DNA of 63,852 bases, filler included, from Octopus bimaculoides (taxonomy: Eukaryota), in assembly GCF_001194135.2 (NCBI RefSeq). It is 7 parts of 6 records of this genome, joined end to end, with 100 filler letters (N's around TTAATTAATTAA, not from the genome) between each part and the next. Parts side by side here need not be neighbours in the genome. Positions count along the whole stretch, not along the records: positions 1 to 21,091 come from NC_068988.1; positions 21,192 to 34,692 come from NC_068988.1; 5 more parts are not named here. The stretch is one strand, 5' to 3'. The notes beneath the pieces are model-generated. The model worked only from the letters and a program-made list of their open reading frames with translations. It had not been told where the DNA came from and did no database searches. Made by a program: the position numbers and the translations under genes. Below are positions 14,845 through 27,881 of this stretch, piece after piece (positions within the stretch are counted from its first letter, which is position 1; every line of letters begins with the position of its first letter).

Positions 14845-15033
14845 ATGTACGAAAAAAACAACAACAGACGAGGACAGGTGGTGTAAACAACAAAAGTATG
14901 TATTAGTTTGACGCTCGGGAATACAGATAGTCTTTAACGTTTCGAGCTACGCTCTTCAACAGTAAGAATACGGAGAAAACAAGGAGAAAAACACGGAGAA
15001 AAAAATGAATGGTGCTTGGTCAACGATCTATCA

Positions 15034-15035
<2 letters not shown>
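14845..15035 (-). mobile_element. (TA)n-anchored dispersed repeat with stem-III-less hammerhead-like motif (probable PLE 3' end); other copies at 31714-31990 and 53445-53490
   Basis: caacagacga.gacaggtggtgta.acaaca....atgtattagt...gtctttaacgttt.gagc.tacgctcttc.acag is shared; copies abut TA runs. Confidence 0.6.
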
Positions 15036-15070
<35 letters not shown>

Positions 15071-17169
15071 TATTCCTCTACATCCTACACACAGATAGAT
15101 GATAGATAGACACCAAAATATATGCATCCAGTTTTGTGTATAAGGATATATGCATAGATGTATAATGTATTTTGTTTTCTCTTTTCTCTTCACTTTTCAG
15201 ATGTGTATTGGTCACGAACAACCGAATATTTATCTTTGCTTATGTACCTGTGCTCTACGAGTTGATATTAGTTTCTCCAATATTCTGGAGGACAGGTTAT
15301 TTTCAATGTTTCCGTACGTTTACATTTTAGATGCATTACGTTTGTTAGACCAGTGCTTCCACTTAACAATCATGTTGCAAATATTGATGACAATATGTCG
15401 ACCCGAGAATAAGACCAACATATAATCATGTTGATATCATTTTCTCCTGGCATATGTCCATTTTTAATTTAAGTAATTTGTACGAGACTTGGCAATACTA
15501 TTGTGATAACATTCATAATTCACTTCTCCTCCTATTATCTTCGGTGTTTCTTTTTACAAAAAGCATATTCCCCTGAAATTTCAAATGAGTATTTTTTTCT
15601 ATCCCTGACTTTTATTAAAAGCGTATGAGCAGACTAGCACAAACGGGTAGATCTACAAATTGATTGGCATAAATATATGTATATATGTATGTATGCATGT
15701 ACATAAAGATAGATAGATACACACAGAGATACATCAACCCCATATATGTGTGTGTGTATCTATCTATCTACCTATCACTCTATTTGCATATGCATATATA
15801 TATTTATATNNNNNNNNNNNNNNNNNNNNNNNNNNNNNNNNNNNNNNNNNNNNNNNNNNNNNNNNNNNNNNNNNNNNNNNNNNNNNNNNNNNNNNNNNNN
15901 NNNNNNNNNNNNNNNNNNNNNNNNNNNNNNNNNNNNNNNNNNNNNNNNNNNNNNNNNNNNNNNNNNNNNNNNNNNNNNNNNNNNNNNNNNNNNNNNNNNN
16001 NNNNNNNNNNNNNNNNNNNNNNNNNNNNNNNNNNNNNNNNNNNNNNNNNNNNNNNNNNNNNNNNNNNAAATAGATGTATGTATGTATGTATGTATGTATG
16101 TTTTTACGTATGTATGTATGTATGCATGTATGAATGTGCATAAAGATAGATAGATACACAGACGGATACATGTAGACACACATATAGATGCAACCCCATA
16201 TTTGTGTGTATCTATCTATCTATCTACCTACTTCTCTATTTACGTATGGTTATATGTATGAATAAATACTGATTTGGTCATGTGTACCCATGCTCTACAA
16301 TGGGCAATTCAAATCATGGATTATACATGAAAAGAGGTAACCGAAATACGTTTCGTAATAAATAGATAATGTTCAGTAGAAGTGCTTGCTATTCGTGATA
16401 GAAAATACGAGGCAAAAATGCTTTCAATAATTACCAAATCAGTGCGCTGTGAATATGATACTTGAGTTTGCCTTTGACCTAACCATTGCTATACACTTAC
16501 TTTCTACAAAATTTAGATTCTTCAATGAAAATATGACACTATTTCACAAATATTTTGGAAAGGAAATGTTTGGTCTTTTAAATCGAGCCCCAATGCTTCA
16601 GTTGTACTGATATACCCAATTACAGTACCATAAACGAAATATACTTTATGTTCTCTATAAAAAAAATACCATGCTCTATTACAATAGAATGGTATTTTAG
16701 ATAATGCCAACACAGATATACTATACCTGAAAACGCAAACTCTCGTTACAGATACAAGGAATTCGATCATGTATTGATTTTGGTTTCGCTGACTTCCAGT
16801 AACACTGTATATAGGATTATACGACCCAAACAAATATTTTATACAAAATAGTGAGTTATAAAGCATTACATGTATATATCCAATGCGCTTTGTTATTCTA
16901 CAAACACAGTCGTGACTGTAAAGCTGTTATTAGAAATCTCCCTTCAACCACTTTCCACGTGGTATTGAAAAATCTACGATAAGCTCGACAAAAAAAAAAG
17001 GAAAAGAAAAAAAAACTCGTGTTCTTTTATATATGCGGTACATTTGAAAATAACGCTGGTCTAGATATATGGTTTATAAATTGGACTGGGTATCAAATAT
17101 ATGAATACATATATGTGTCTGAGTGTTGAAACATATATATATATATAGGGAGAGATAGAGAAATAGAGT

Positions 17170-17211
<42 letters not shown>

Positions 17212-17585
17212 AACAGTCAGACAGATGAGAGAGAAAGATGCTTCTGTGAATATATGCATACGCACAGTATACTACCAGCATATTACAACTAAGTATTGCT
17301 TTAACTAACTCTGAGTTCGATATAAGATATACGGCATTCCCATCCGCCTACACGTTTACATACCTAGATTGTAGGATTCCAATGTGTATTGTAAAAAAGT
17401 AAATTCTTTTTTCTTTCCCTCCTTTTAGTCGGAGAAATCGAAAACTAGACTCATTCTTTGTAAACCTGGTACTTATTCTATCTGTCCCTTCTGCCGAAAC
17501 CCCAGGTTACGGGGACGTAAACACACTCCAACATCGGTTGTCAAACATAGACACAATGAAACACACATAAATATATACATTTATA

Positions 17586-17727
17586 TACGGCGGGCTTCTT
17601 TCAGTTTCCTTCTACCAAATCTGTTGACAAGGCTTTGGGTCGACCCGAGTCTATATCAGACACTTGCCAAAGGTGTCGGAAGCATGCCGTTGGGAAGTTA
17701 GCTACTCACCACACAGCCACACCTGCG
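17586..17727 (-). mobile_element. tRNA-derived SINE, family B; other copies at 13501-13570(-), 20908-21070(+), 25391-25530(+), 50702-50850(+), 53986-54050(-)
   Basis: Shared head ggcgcagg.gtggctgtgtgg, B-box-like GGTTCAGTCCC (50702 copy) and CORE-like gtggcaccttgggcaagtgtct...aaactgaaagaagcccg. Confidence 0.7.
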
Positions 17728-18078
17728 CCTATATATACATACATATATATATANNNNNNNNNNNNNNNNNNNNNNNNNNNNNNNNNNNNNNNNNNNNNNN
17801 NNNNNNNNNNNNNNNNNNNNNNNNNNNNNNNNNNNNNNNNNNNNNNNNNNNNNNNNNNNNNNNNNNNNNNNNNNNNNNNNNNNNNNNNNNNNNNNNNNNN
17901 NNNNNNNNNNNNNNNNNNNNNNNNNNNNNNNNNNNNNNNNNNNNNNNNNNNNNNNNNNNNNNNNNNNNNNNNNNNNNNNNNNNNNNNNNNNNNNNNNNNN
18001 NNNNNNNNNNNNNNNNNNNNNNNNNNNNNNNNNNNNNNNNNNNGTGCCTCTGTGTGTGTGTGCCTCTGTGTGTGTGTG

Positions 18079-18119
<41 letters not shown>

Positions 18120-18630
18120 TCAGTGTGCGATGGATAAATTATCCCCATTTTATATATTTAACTTCGCCTATGCGCAGTTTGCTTTTGATTTTGTAGACTA
18201 CACAGTATAGTAGGGTCAGTTGGGCACTGTCTGTTAGAAAAACAACACCATCATGCAATCTGAGATATACCAAGCGTATATAAAAATCAAACATCCAGTC
18301 AGTATCATGGTGTCTGGAGGGATCACTAGCGATGGCGACGTTATGCCTCCATTCAGCTACCCATAAATTTCGGGCATAATTTGTCAATTTATGTATGAAA
18401 TTACTTTTTCTGATATACGATTCGTTTATCCGGTTCACCCATTTTTGCAACTTGTTCACTTTTTAATCATGTATTATTTTCTCTCTGAATTTATTTTCAA
18501 AGCAGTTGACTTCGACGTCAGTTGCTTTTAGGCTGTACATTACGTGGTATTGTTTATGACGATTTCCCTATCATAACAGAAGCTCATTGTTTATATTTTA
18601 CTATATATTCTACAGCTTCAACCGAGTGAA

Positions 18631-19200
18631 GGCGCATGGCTGAAAATCTGGAGCGTCGGGCTCACAGTCCCGAGACAATGAGTTCGATACCCGGACCGGG
18701 CTGTGTGCTGTGTTATTTCACGTTGCTCCAGTTCGCCTAGCTGTAGAAATAACTTGCGACATCATTGGTGCCAAGCTATATTGACTTTTGATTTTCTCTT
18801 GGACAACATCGGTATCGTGGAGCGGGATGTCTGTTATGCATGGTCGACTGTTGATGTTCCATAAACAACCTTGCCCTTTTTGTGCCTTGAAGGGTAACTT
18901 CCTAAGTGCAATTCCATGCTCATTCAAGAACGGAGTCTATCTATGTATCTATTTATCTATCTATATATATATATATCCGATTCCTGGATCGGGCGGTGTG
19001 AAGTGTTCTCGAACAAGACACTTTATTTCACGTTGTTCCAGCTCACTCAGCCGTAGAAACGAGTTGTAACGCCACTGGTGTTAAGCTGTATCGGCTTTTG
19101 CCTTTCCCTTGTATAACAACGGTGGAAAGGAGAGGGGAGGCTGGTATGCATGGGCAACTGCTGGTCTTTCATAAAGAACCTTGCCCGGACTTGTGCCTTT
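18631..19200 (+). mobile_element. Two tandem tRNA-derived SINE copies, family D (18631-18930, 18978-19200); related copies at 32019-32280(+) and 30180-30300(-)
   Basis: ggcgcatggct... head, B box GAGTTCGATACC, and shared tttcacgttg.tccag.tc.ctcagc.gtagaaa...ttccataaa.aaccttgccc. Confidence 0.75.
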
Positions 19201-19939
19201 ACACAATTCACAACCAGTATTGCAAATTACACAAGCACTGCAAAGCCCAGTACCACTAAATCTAGAATTGTTCTATTCTACAACCTACTCAACAATGGTT
19301 AATATATAATACTATTCTTTCGATGAAAGTTGGTAGTCAAACAACCACCTTTACATTAATTGACATTTCTGAACATTTTTTCGTAAAAATGAGCGTATAT
19401 ATATAAATATGTCAATGCGTGTATGGGTGTGTTAATGTGTGTAATTGCGTGAGGTAATAACCAGAATAATCTATCATTAACTAATGCAAACATATATATG
19501 CCAAGAATACAGACTCTTTATGAGATACATTTAAAACATTATTATTGTATCAGCATAACATGTCCTTAACAACATTTCAATTGTATCTCAGACAATATTA
19601 TGAAAATTAACGAGAAGAAAACAACTCTAGAAACAATTACAGAGATGAAGAATCATTATGTTATTTTAGTACAAAAGCTCTTGCTGAAACAACATATACG
19701 ATGTAAAGAACAATGTCACTACAATTGAAAAGACGATATTGTGTCTGGAAATGTTACACCATTGATGATATCATGACATCCAAAGTACATGATTACTCAC
19801 CGTAAATAAGTGGTTTTAAGACATCAATATATAAAGAAAATAATTTTAAAAAATTATTCATATACATATGATTATATATATAAGTATATACATATATTTA
19901 TACACACGCATACATATAAATGTGTATACATATATATAT

Positions 19940-20007
<68 letters not shown>

Positions 20008-21135
20008 CATATACACGTATGTATGTATGAATGCATGTATGTATGTGTGTATGTATGTATGTAAAACACTAAGATTTTTATCAATGGAAACAAGCTTCAG
20101 TGATGATATGACTAATATAAAGCACTATTGTATTGGGAAGACATTATCTTAAGTTAATTGAAACAAGATCTACTTATTGTCATTCTTTGCCAGTCTCTTC
20201 AATTTGGAGAGAAGTTTACTCTTAACGTTAGTGATATTTATTTGCATGAATCTCTTAGATTGCCTTTAATTATTCACTTCTGTATTCTCCGAACGTTTAC
20301 ATTTTGGATTGTGCATAATCGCTTGTTTATATGTGTTTTCTAATGCCAGGAACGAAATTTCTAGATAAATGAATTATGTCTGCATTCCAACAAATCCATT
20401 TGCTTTCAAGAAGCACGGATTACGCTATATAACAGGACTGGTTTTCTTCGCATTTGCACATATTCAATTTCCTGAAAGCACTCAACTAAGCTTCTGTGAT
20501 CCACTTTCACATATATATCTAAATACTTGCATTGTTGCTATAGAAATCGCGTCACTTGAATCTATTCAAAGATTTATCTTGTGACCGTTTATTTTCATTT
20601 GTCTCATACACTCAGCAGGCATTCTTTACAGTGATTTCTCTGTATGAAATTTAGCTTTTGGTTATCTTCCTACTTCACTAGAGCAATGTAGTGAGTATAT
20701 TCTCAATGGAATATACCGAATGATTGTTCAATTTTCTCCATAGAGACCTTCTAGACAACACACATACATAACCACTCACGGCCACGTACGACACAATATT
20801 TAACATACCACTAGCTTATGCTAAAATAAAATTGTGTTTCCGTTCAGAATCTTTCGAACAATGTTGTAGTCATTCACGACAGTCTAAATTATTTTCGTTG
20901 CCTTCGATGCAGGCGTGCTTATAGGGAAAGTAGGTTCCTTCCCAACGACAGAGTTCTATGTTCAGTTTTACTGCGGGACACATTGGGCGAGTGTTTTCTT
21001 TTATAGCCTAGGACACACCAAAGCCTTGTGATTATATTCAGCACGTGGGAGCTGAAAGATGTCCGTCATATATTTGTATATATATGTATATNNNNNNNNN
21101 NNNNNNNNNNNNNNNNNNNNNNNNNNNNNNNNNNN

Positions 21136-21147
21136 TTAATTAATTAA
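21136..21147. other. Assembly linker TTAATTAATTAA inside N runs (also 34737-34748, 45486-45497, 52088-52099, 54267-54278, 62672-62683)
   Basis: Identical 12-mer with stops in all six frames, always flanked by Ns. Confidence 0.9.
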
Positions 21148-21513
21148 NNNNNNNNNNNNNNNNNNNNNNNNNNNNNNNNNNNNNNNNNNNNACTAAATCC
21201 AAACTTACAAGGAAATACAATTTAATGACATCAAATTGAGTTGTATAATTTAAATATTTTAATAATTTAGAGAAGAACTACCATGGTGCAATTCACACAA
21301 TGAAGGAGATCAGACACCATCAAGAAAAGCGTACTATACAAAATACTAGTTTAAAAATCTAAAAAATCCAAGAGAAAATTTGTAATCCATAAAATCTATG
21401 AAACATTGGACTAAAAATTTAAATCAATTTAGTAAGTTTATAAAAACGAAAGTGAATGAAAGACTACGTGCGTTTCATGGCCACATAAAAGTGGAAAATA
21501 TCTGGTCAATCTA

Positions 21514-21555
21514 CAAGTAACTTCAGGTCAAGTAACTTCAGGTCAAGTAACTTCA
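21514..21555 (+). repeat. 15-bp tandem repeat (caagtaacttcaggt) x2.8
   Basis: Direct reading. Confidence 0.9.
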
Positions 21556-21874
21556 AAAAGCGTATCCTAATAATTAAAAATGCGATAAAATAAGAAAAGT
21601 AGAAAAATATGTATGACCCTTTATTTTTCAGGGCCCCTAAGACTTTTAGAAGAGAGGAAGAAGTTATCCTCAAACCATATTTGAGACATGACTGCTTACA
21701 ACTAAGGGGTAAACTTCACTGAAGTTGCACAAAGACCAAGTGGTTAATGTCAAACCAGGCAACAAATGAAGACTACACTCTAAATTTGGCTACTATTTCC
21801 AGTATGTCGACTAATCACAAAGAGGCTCCCTGTAACTGTCATTAAAGTTACATTTTTGAAGATTTAGAAGCAGT

Positions 21875-21918
<44 letters not shown>

Positions 21919-22061
21919 TTTCTTCAAATATTTCATTAAGTCTGTAAATGTTTGTTTACTTCTAGAATTGATAAATAGGTCTCTACAACATCCAAGTTGT
22001 ATTTGTAATTAGTGCACTCCACTACGTATATATTATGTATGTATGCATACATGTGCATGCA

Positions 22062-22098
<37 letters not shown>

Positions 22099-22843
22099 CT
22101 ATAACGATTCTACTAAAAGTGATGCAAAAGAGGGTATAACTTTTTCTCAACGAACTCTGGGCATTCAAATTGCACATGTGAGAAAAGCCACACTTCCTCT
22201 ATCGTAACTCCTCTTCCTGTTCTTCTTTATTGCAGGCAAATATTGGGTTCCAAATTGGAGCAACATGTTGTCATTGAGTTCTTTGGTGAAAGAAGGATGC
22301 AGGCAACTCAACAAACACAGAAGTTAAACAGGTTGTTTACGGAGATAACACCATTAACTGTGATAACTGACACAAATTGCCAGTGAGTAGATAAATTGAT
22401 TCTCACAGACGGATGAGTCACAATATGTGAGCTTGTAGCACAACTGGACAGTGATCACAATGTATTACAGAAGATGTCAGAAGTCTATGGATGTCGGAAA
22501 TCATCATTATTATCCTTGATGTTTAATATCTGTTTTCCATGTTGGCATGGGTCAGATGGGGTGACAGGAGCTATCCAGTTGGAGAACTGCCCCAGGCAGT
22601 TTAAGTATATATTAAAACAATGACGACAATCATGGGAATGTTTGTGGAGATGCATACTCTGGGGGAGAGATCGCTTATATACATTTTGTGACATAAACCA
22701 ACCCAGTTCAAGATATAGGACACATGCTCAACCTTTTTTCCTAGAGAAAGGGGGAATTTTTGAAGGGATGTCATGAGATGCTTTGCTCTTGAATATTCAT
22801 TTCATATTTTTGTCATACTTGGTAGAAACTTATGGAAATATTA
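22099..22843 (+). mobile_element. Internally deleted mariner-like relic
   Basis: KLEQHVVIEF..KEGC...VYGDNT resembles a mariner N-terminal HTH; LEKGGIFE resembles the C-terminus; weak terminal inverted similarity. Confidence 0.4.
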
Positions 22844-23035
22844 GAAATTACTTTCCCGTTAGTATGTAAAGCATTGTAGTTGATATATCAAGCAAAGGAT
22901 GGGACTTATGTTGGGAGGGAAGGATTATACATGTCAGCATACCATAGTTCAGTTTACCCAGGAGTGTCACAAACCCTAGAAACAACACTATATGGACCAG
23001 TCTATAAAGTTTGCAGGATTATTTTACTGTAGTAT

Positions 23036-23066
<31 letters not shown>

Positions 23067-23474
23067 CATTGCTCCCCAACTGCCAGTTAGCAAACAGGAA
23101 TGGCTTGAAGGAAGATTATTTTCCCCCCAGTTCCTTTCAGGCTGATTACTTAATATTTTTGCCAGAAGTTTTTGTAAGGAAATCACTTCTCTCAAAGAGA
23201 CCGAATAATAAACAGGAAGACAAGAAAGTGGGGAGGCAAGCAATGAAGTAAAAATGTTTTTCAGAAAAATTTCAGGAGACATTGAGATTGGTTATTCAGC
23301 CAATCTCTTGGAAAAATTTTTCAGTATGACTCTTTCATGCTTCACTGACAGCCATTTCAACAGTGGTCTGTTGTAAGAAGCAGTGTAGCTGGCATGGCGT
23401 GTGGTCACAGTTATGTAAAGGAGATTAGAAGGAGGGAAAGAGCGAATGAGAGAATGACGGAGAGAAAAAGAGAA

Positions 23475-23505
<31 letters not shown>

Positions 23506-23959
23506 AATGATAAAGACAGAGAGAGAGTTTGGGAGAAGTCATTTTTGGTATTTGAAATTTCATCTAATATCCCTTCTTAATTACTTTCTTGGGCAGTGTT
23601 TCAAATTTGTTATTTGATCCAGAAAGAAAAAAAAAAAGAAAAAGAAAAACTTTAGGGTAGGTGATGAAGTTGTTCCCAAATTAGTTTTAAGAGAAACATT
23701 GGAAAGAAGTAAGAAGCATATCAAATGCCATTCATTTTTGACATAGCAGCTAAATTCATGAAAATAAAAGCTAGTCTGCAAAATTTTAGCCAATTCCATC
23801 ATAACAACTCAATGTGTTATATTTGTTACTTCATGTGATTATTCCATATTCTTGGTTTTTGGATAGAAATTTTCAAATAATCCTGATTTTTTTTTCTTTT
23901 ACAATATCATAAAATGTAAATTATCATATATGTATTCATTGCTAACATCATCAATGATT

Positions 23960-24300
23960 TTGTCATCATTGCCATCATCATCATCGTCGTCGTTGTCGTC
24001 GTCATCATTGTCGTCGTCGTCGTTGTCGTCGTCGTCGTCGTCGTCGTCGTCATTGTTGTAGTCGTCGTCATCATCATCGTCGTCGTCATCACCGTTTTCA
24101 TTATCCCCATCTTCAACATCATTATCTGCTGCATCCTTTTTTTTGTCAACATTTTCATCATTATTATCACCACGACTACCACCACCAACACCATCGTTAT
24201 CATCATCACCATCACCATCTAGTACCACCACCACCGTAACCATTATTGCCAGAATTGTCAGCCTCATTGCATCATCATCATCATCATCACCATCATCATA
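23960..24300. repeat. Degenerate (ATC/GTC/ACC)n microsatellite
   Basis: Direct reading; gives the poly-D ORF on the minus strand. Confidence 0.9.
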
Positions 24301-25351
24301 ATCCTTGTTTATTCTTTGCTTTTTATGGAAAGTTACAATAGATGCAAACATCTGATTTTCCATGCCAGCAAAATATTGACCAAATTTACCAAACAGATTA
24401 CCTCAAATCCTCTCAGTCCGATGTCACTTTCTGCAAGGACCCAATAACTCACAGACTTGATTCCATGGCATCTAATCAAGTCTTCTTTCACTGAATTACT
24501 CATGACAGATTTTCCTCTTATTCACAAAGTATAGCCCTTTTACATTTCACCCATAATCTCCATAGCTCTGTAGCAGCTGTTCCACAACACATTCACCAAT
24601 CCATTGTTTGTCAATCATGTTCTTAAGTCACATGAATCATATGACTTTATTTTCTTCTAATAAATTGGCGTTGCACAACTTGAAGGATCAGGCTTACTTC
24701 ATTTGTGTTCAGGCGTCAAAGCTGTTCAGCATACCAGAGCTCTGTGTGTGTGTGTGTGTGTAAGTGTGTGTGATTTTGTGTGTGTATGAGTGTGTGTGTG
24801 TATGTGTGAGTGTGTGTGTGTTGGTATGTGTGTGCATGCGAGTGTGTGTGTGTGTGTGTGTATGCGAGAGTAAGTGAGAGTGTGTACATGTGTATGTGCA
24901 TGTGAGAGAGTGTGTGTGTGAGTATGTGAGTGTGTGTGTATATGCGTGTGCATGCGAGAGAGTGTGTGAGTGTGTGTGTTTGTGTGTGTGAGTGTGTGTG
25001 AGCATGTGAGAGAGTGTGTGTGTGTGTGTGTGCGCGCGCATGCAAGAGTGTGTGTGTGTGTGTGCATGCAAGTGTATGTGTGNNNNNNNNNNNNNNNNNN
25101 NNNNNNNNNNNNNNNNNNNNNNNNNNNNNNNNNNNNNNNNNNNNNNNNNNNNNNNNNNNNNNNNNNNNNNNNNNNNNNNNNNNNNNNNNNNNNNNNNNNN
25201 NNNNNNNNNNNNNNNNNNNNNNNNNNNNNNNNNNNNNNNNNNNNNNNNNNNNNNNNNNNNNNNNNNNNNNNNNNNNNNNNNNNNNNNNNNNNNNNNNNNN
25301 NNNNNNNNNNNNNNNNNNNNNNNNNNNNNNNNNNNNNNNNNNNNNNNNNNN

Positions 25352-25392
<41 letters not shown>

Positions 25393-25741
25393 TGCAAGTA
25401 TGTGTGTGTGGTAAGAAGCTTACTTCCCAATTACATGGTTCAGGATTTAATTCCACCATGTGACACATTGGGCAAGTGTCTTCTACTCTAGCGCTGGGTC
25501 AACCCAAAACCTTGTGAGTGCTTTTAGAATTTCATTTTTGCAGAGATTAATATGTCCCCTCAAAAGTGTGAATCACCATTCATCTCAGTCCTTTGTTGTT
25601 TCCTTATTAGGGCCCAATTACCTGAGATTGAATTTCACAACTCTGTCCTGTATCTTCCTGGGTCTTCCTCTTCTATTAATATTTTCCACTTTTAGCGATT
25701 GGCACTTCTTTATTCAAATGTCCTCATCTATACCTATCACA

Positions 25742-26228
25742 TGAGCCTAATTTTTCTCTCAACACATTTGTACTTACTCACATATGCACGCTAATGTTGC
25801 ACATCCAATGGAGCATGCTAGCTTCATTTCTTTCAATTTCCTTCAGATGTCCTCTGCATTCAGGGCCACATGTTAATACAATGTAGCATTGCTGTTCATA
25901 CACAAGCACCATTCAATCTGGCTTTTCCCCCGAGAGAGAGAGGTGTTTGTTACCAACAGAGGTAAAAGTTCTCAGAACTTTTTCCATCCTGTTCTTATTC
26001 AAGCAAGTATATTTTTAGAACATCCTCCACCACTGCTAATTTGGTCACTTAAATAACAGAAGCTATCAAGTACCTCTAGGGAACCTCCTGGGCATTCAAG
26101 AAAATCTATTTCCCATGTGTTCTTAGTATTTATTGCTCCTACACATCTACCTCAAATTCTGTTTTCTCTTTTAACCTTCCAGTGATTACACTGTACTTCT
26201 TGTGTGTCCATAGTTTGTATTAGATATT
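25742..26228 (-). mobile_element. RTE LINE family A (PHD type), 3' part of a split copy
   Basis: (C)KLWTHK.(C)SVITGRLKEK...VLDSFCYLSDQ..., homologous to 54323-55507. Confidence 0.75.
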
Positions 26229-27040
26229 CTCTTCTCTCTTGGTAGTCCATTGATCTCCAATGAAGATGTAGTCTGCAGTCTCAGCAGTCAGTGACGGAAA
26301 CACATGTGGCTCCACAGCCCAAAGCTGGAAGCACACAGGCACCTGCAGGTTGGACACTGGTATTCTGTGGTCGGAACTGAGGATGAAGTGACCTGGTGAC
26401 ATCTGTCTCTTGTGGCTGCAAGGCATTGCCATCTATCCTCCTCAAAGGCAGCTACAGCAGTGTAGGTGACTGACCTCCAGGTAGCCCTGTTTGTGGCTGC
26501 AGGTTCGAGTTTGTGAGGCTGAATGCCACACCACTTTAGGTTGCCCTTTTAGGGTGTCTTTATACCTCAACATGGGTCTTCCTTGTTGATTTGTGCCTTC
26601 CTTCGGCTCACCATACATCAGTTGTCTGGGGATGTGGTGGTTGTTCATTCTGACGATGTGGCTGGCCCAGCACAACTGATCAGAAGTGCCTCGACACTCG
26701 TGGACTCTGCTCTGTCTAGGACTTCTTGGTTGGAGACTCTGTCCTGCCAGCAGATGCGCAGATTGTGCAGTGATCTTGTATGGAACTATTCCAGCTGCTT
26801 AATGTACCAGCAGTATAGAGCCCACATTTCACAACCATACAGCAGCATGGAGAGAACGACAGCTTTGTATATCTTGTGTTTCATGGATAGCAACACACTT
26901 TTCTGTTGTAGTACTTTAACTCTGAGTCTACAGAGTGCTTGACTGGCTTTCTGGAGCCTGGATGTGATCTCTTTATCCAATAAACCATCTGCAGAGATTG
27001 TGCTGCCTAGGTACCTGAAGCTTTCAACACAATTCAGCTC
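26229..27040 (-). mobile_element. 5'-truncated RTE LINE family B nested in the family A copy
   Basis: ELNCVESFRYLGSTIS..LDKEITSRLQKASQA..LLYGCEMW..; WASHIVRMNNHHIPRQLMYGE...GRPMLRYKDTLK; tail gatcaatggactaccaagagagaagag. Confidence 0.75.
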
Positions 27041-27535
27041 AATGGAATTACTGCTTACAATTTTTATACATACCAAGCAGAGCTGTTTTCCTGAAGGGAT
27101 TAGTGGTTGGACTGTTTTCCTGCTTACTAGGATTTTGATCTTTTGTAACTTAATTTTAAGGCCCACTGTTTCCAGGTTTTGCTTCCACAAATGGAATTTC
27201 TTCCTAATCTTGCAACCATTTTTGTGACCAGAAAAAGGTCATTAGCATAGAGAAGTTCCCAGGGGCAGCTGGCCTAAAACTCCTCTGCTATAGCCTGGAG
27301 GACAATATTAAAGGGGGTGGGGGGTCTGAAAGCAAGCCCTGATGAACTCTACTCACTGTACTTGTTGTTAACTCCCACATGACCGAAAGCATCTTTGTAC
27401 ATGGCATGGATGGCTCTCACCAGCCATTCATCTATTCTTAGTTTTTGCACATCATAAAGGAAGGCTTTCTCCAGGTCAACAAATGTCAAGTACAGCTCAG
27501 TTTACTTTTTGCTAAATACTTTTCCTACAGTTGCT
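27041..27535 (-). mobile_element. RTE LINE family A, RT part of the split copy
   Basis: QL.EKYLAK..FVDLEKAF.., WKQNLETVGLKIKLQKIKIL..PSGKQLCLVCIKIVSSNSI. Confidence 0.7.
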
Positions 27536-27842
27536 CATCCTCCTGCTCCTGCTCCACCCCCTTCCTCCTCCTCCTCCTCATTTGATGGCTGTCTTCTATG
27601 CTAGCATGGGTTGGACACACAAATACATGCACGCACACACACACATGCCAAAATACATACAACTATATATATATATATACATATACGTGAGTGAGAATGT
27701 ATATGTATGTCAGTGTGTACGCATGCGCATGCGTGTATGTCTAGATATATATTTGTGTGTGCGCATGTGTGTGTGTGTGTGTGTGTGTGCTTGTGTAAAT
27801 TTATTCCTGAACATACATAGAAATTCATAATACATATGTGTG

Positions 27843-27881
<39 letters not shown>

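Noticed and set aside
16325-16360. atgaaaagaggtaaccgaaatacgtttc as a hammerhead
   Set aside because: The core spacing is wrong and stems I and III do not pair convincingly
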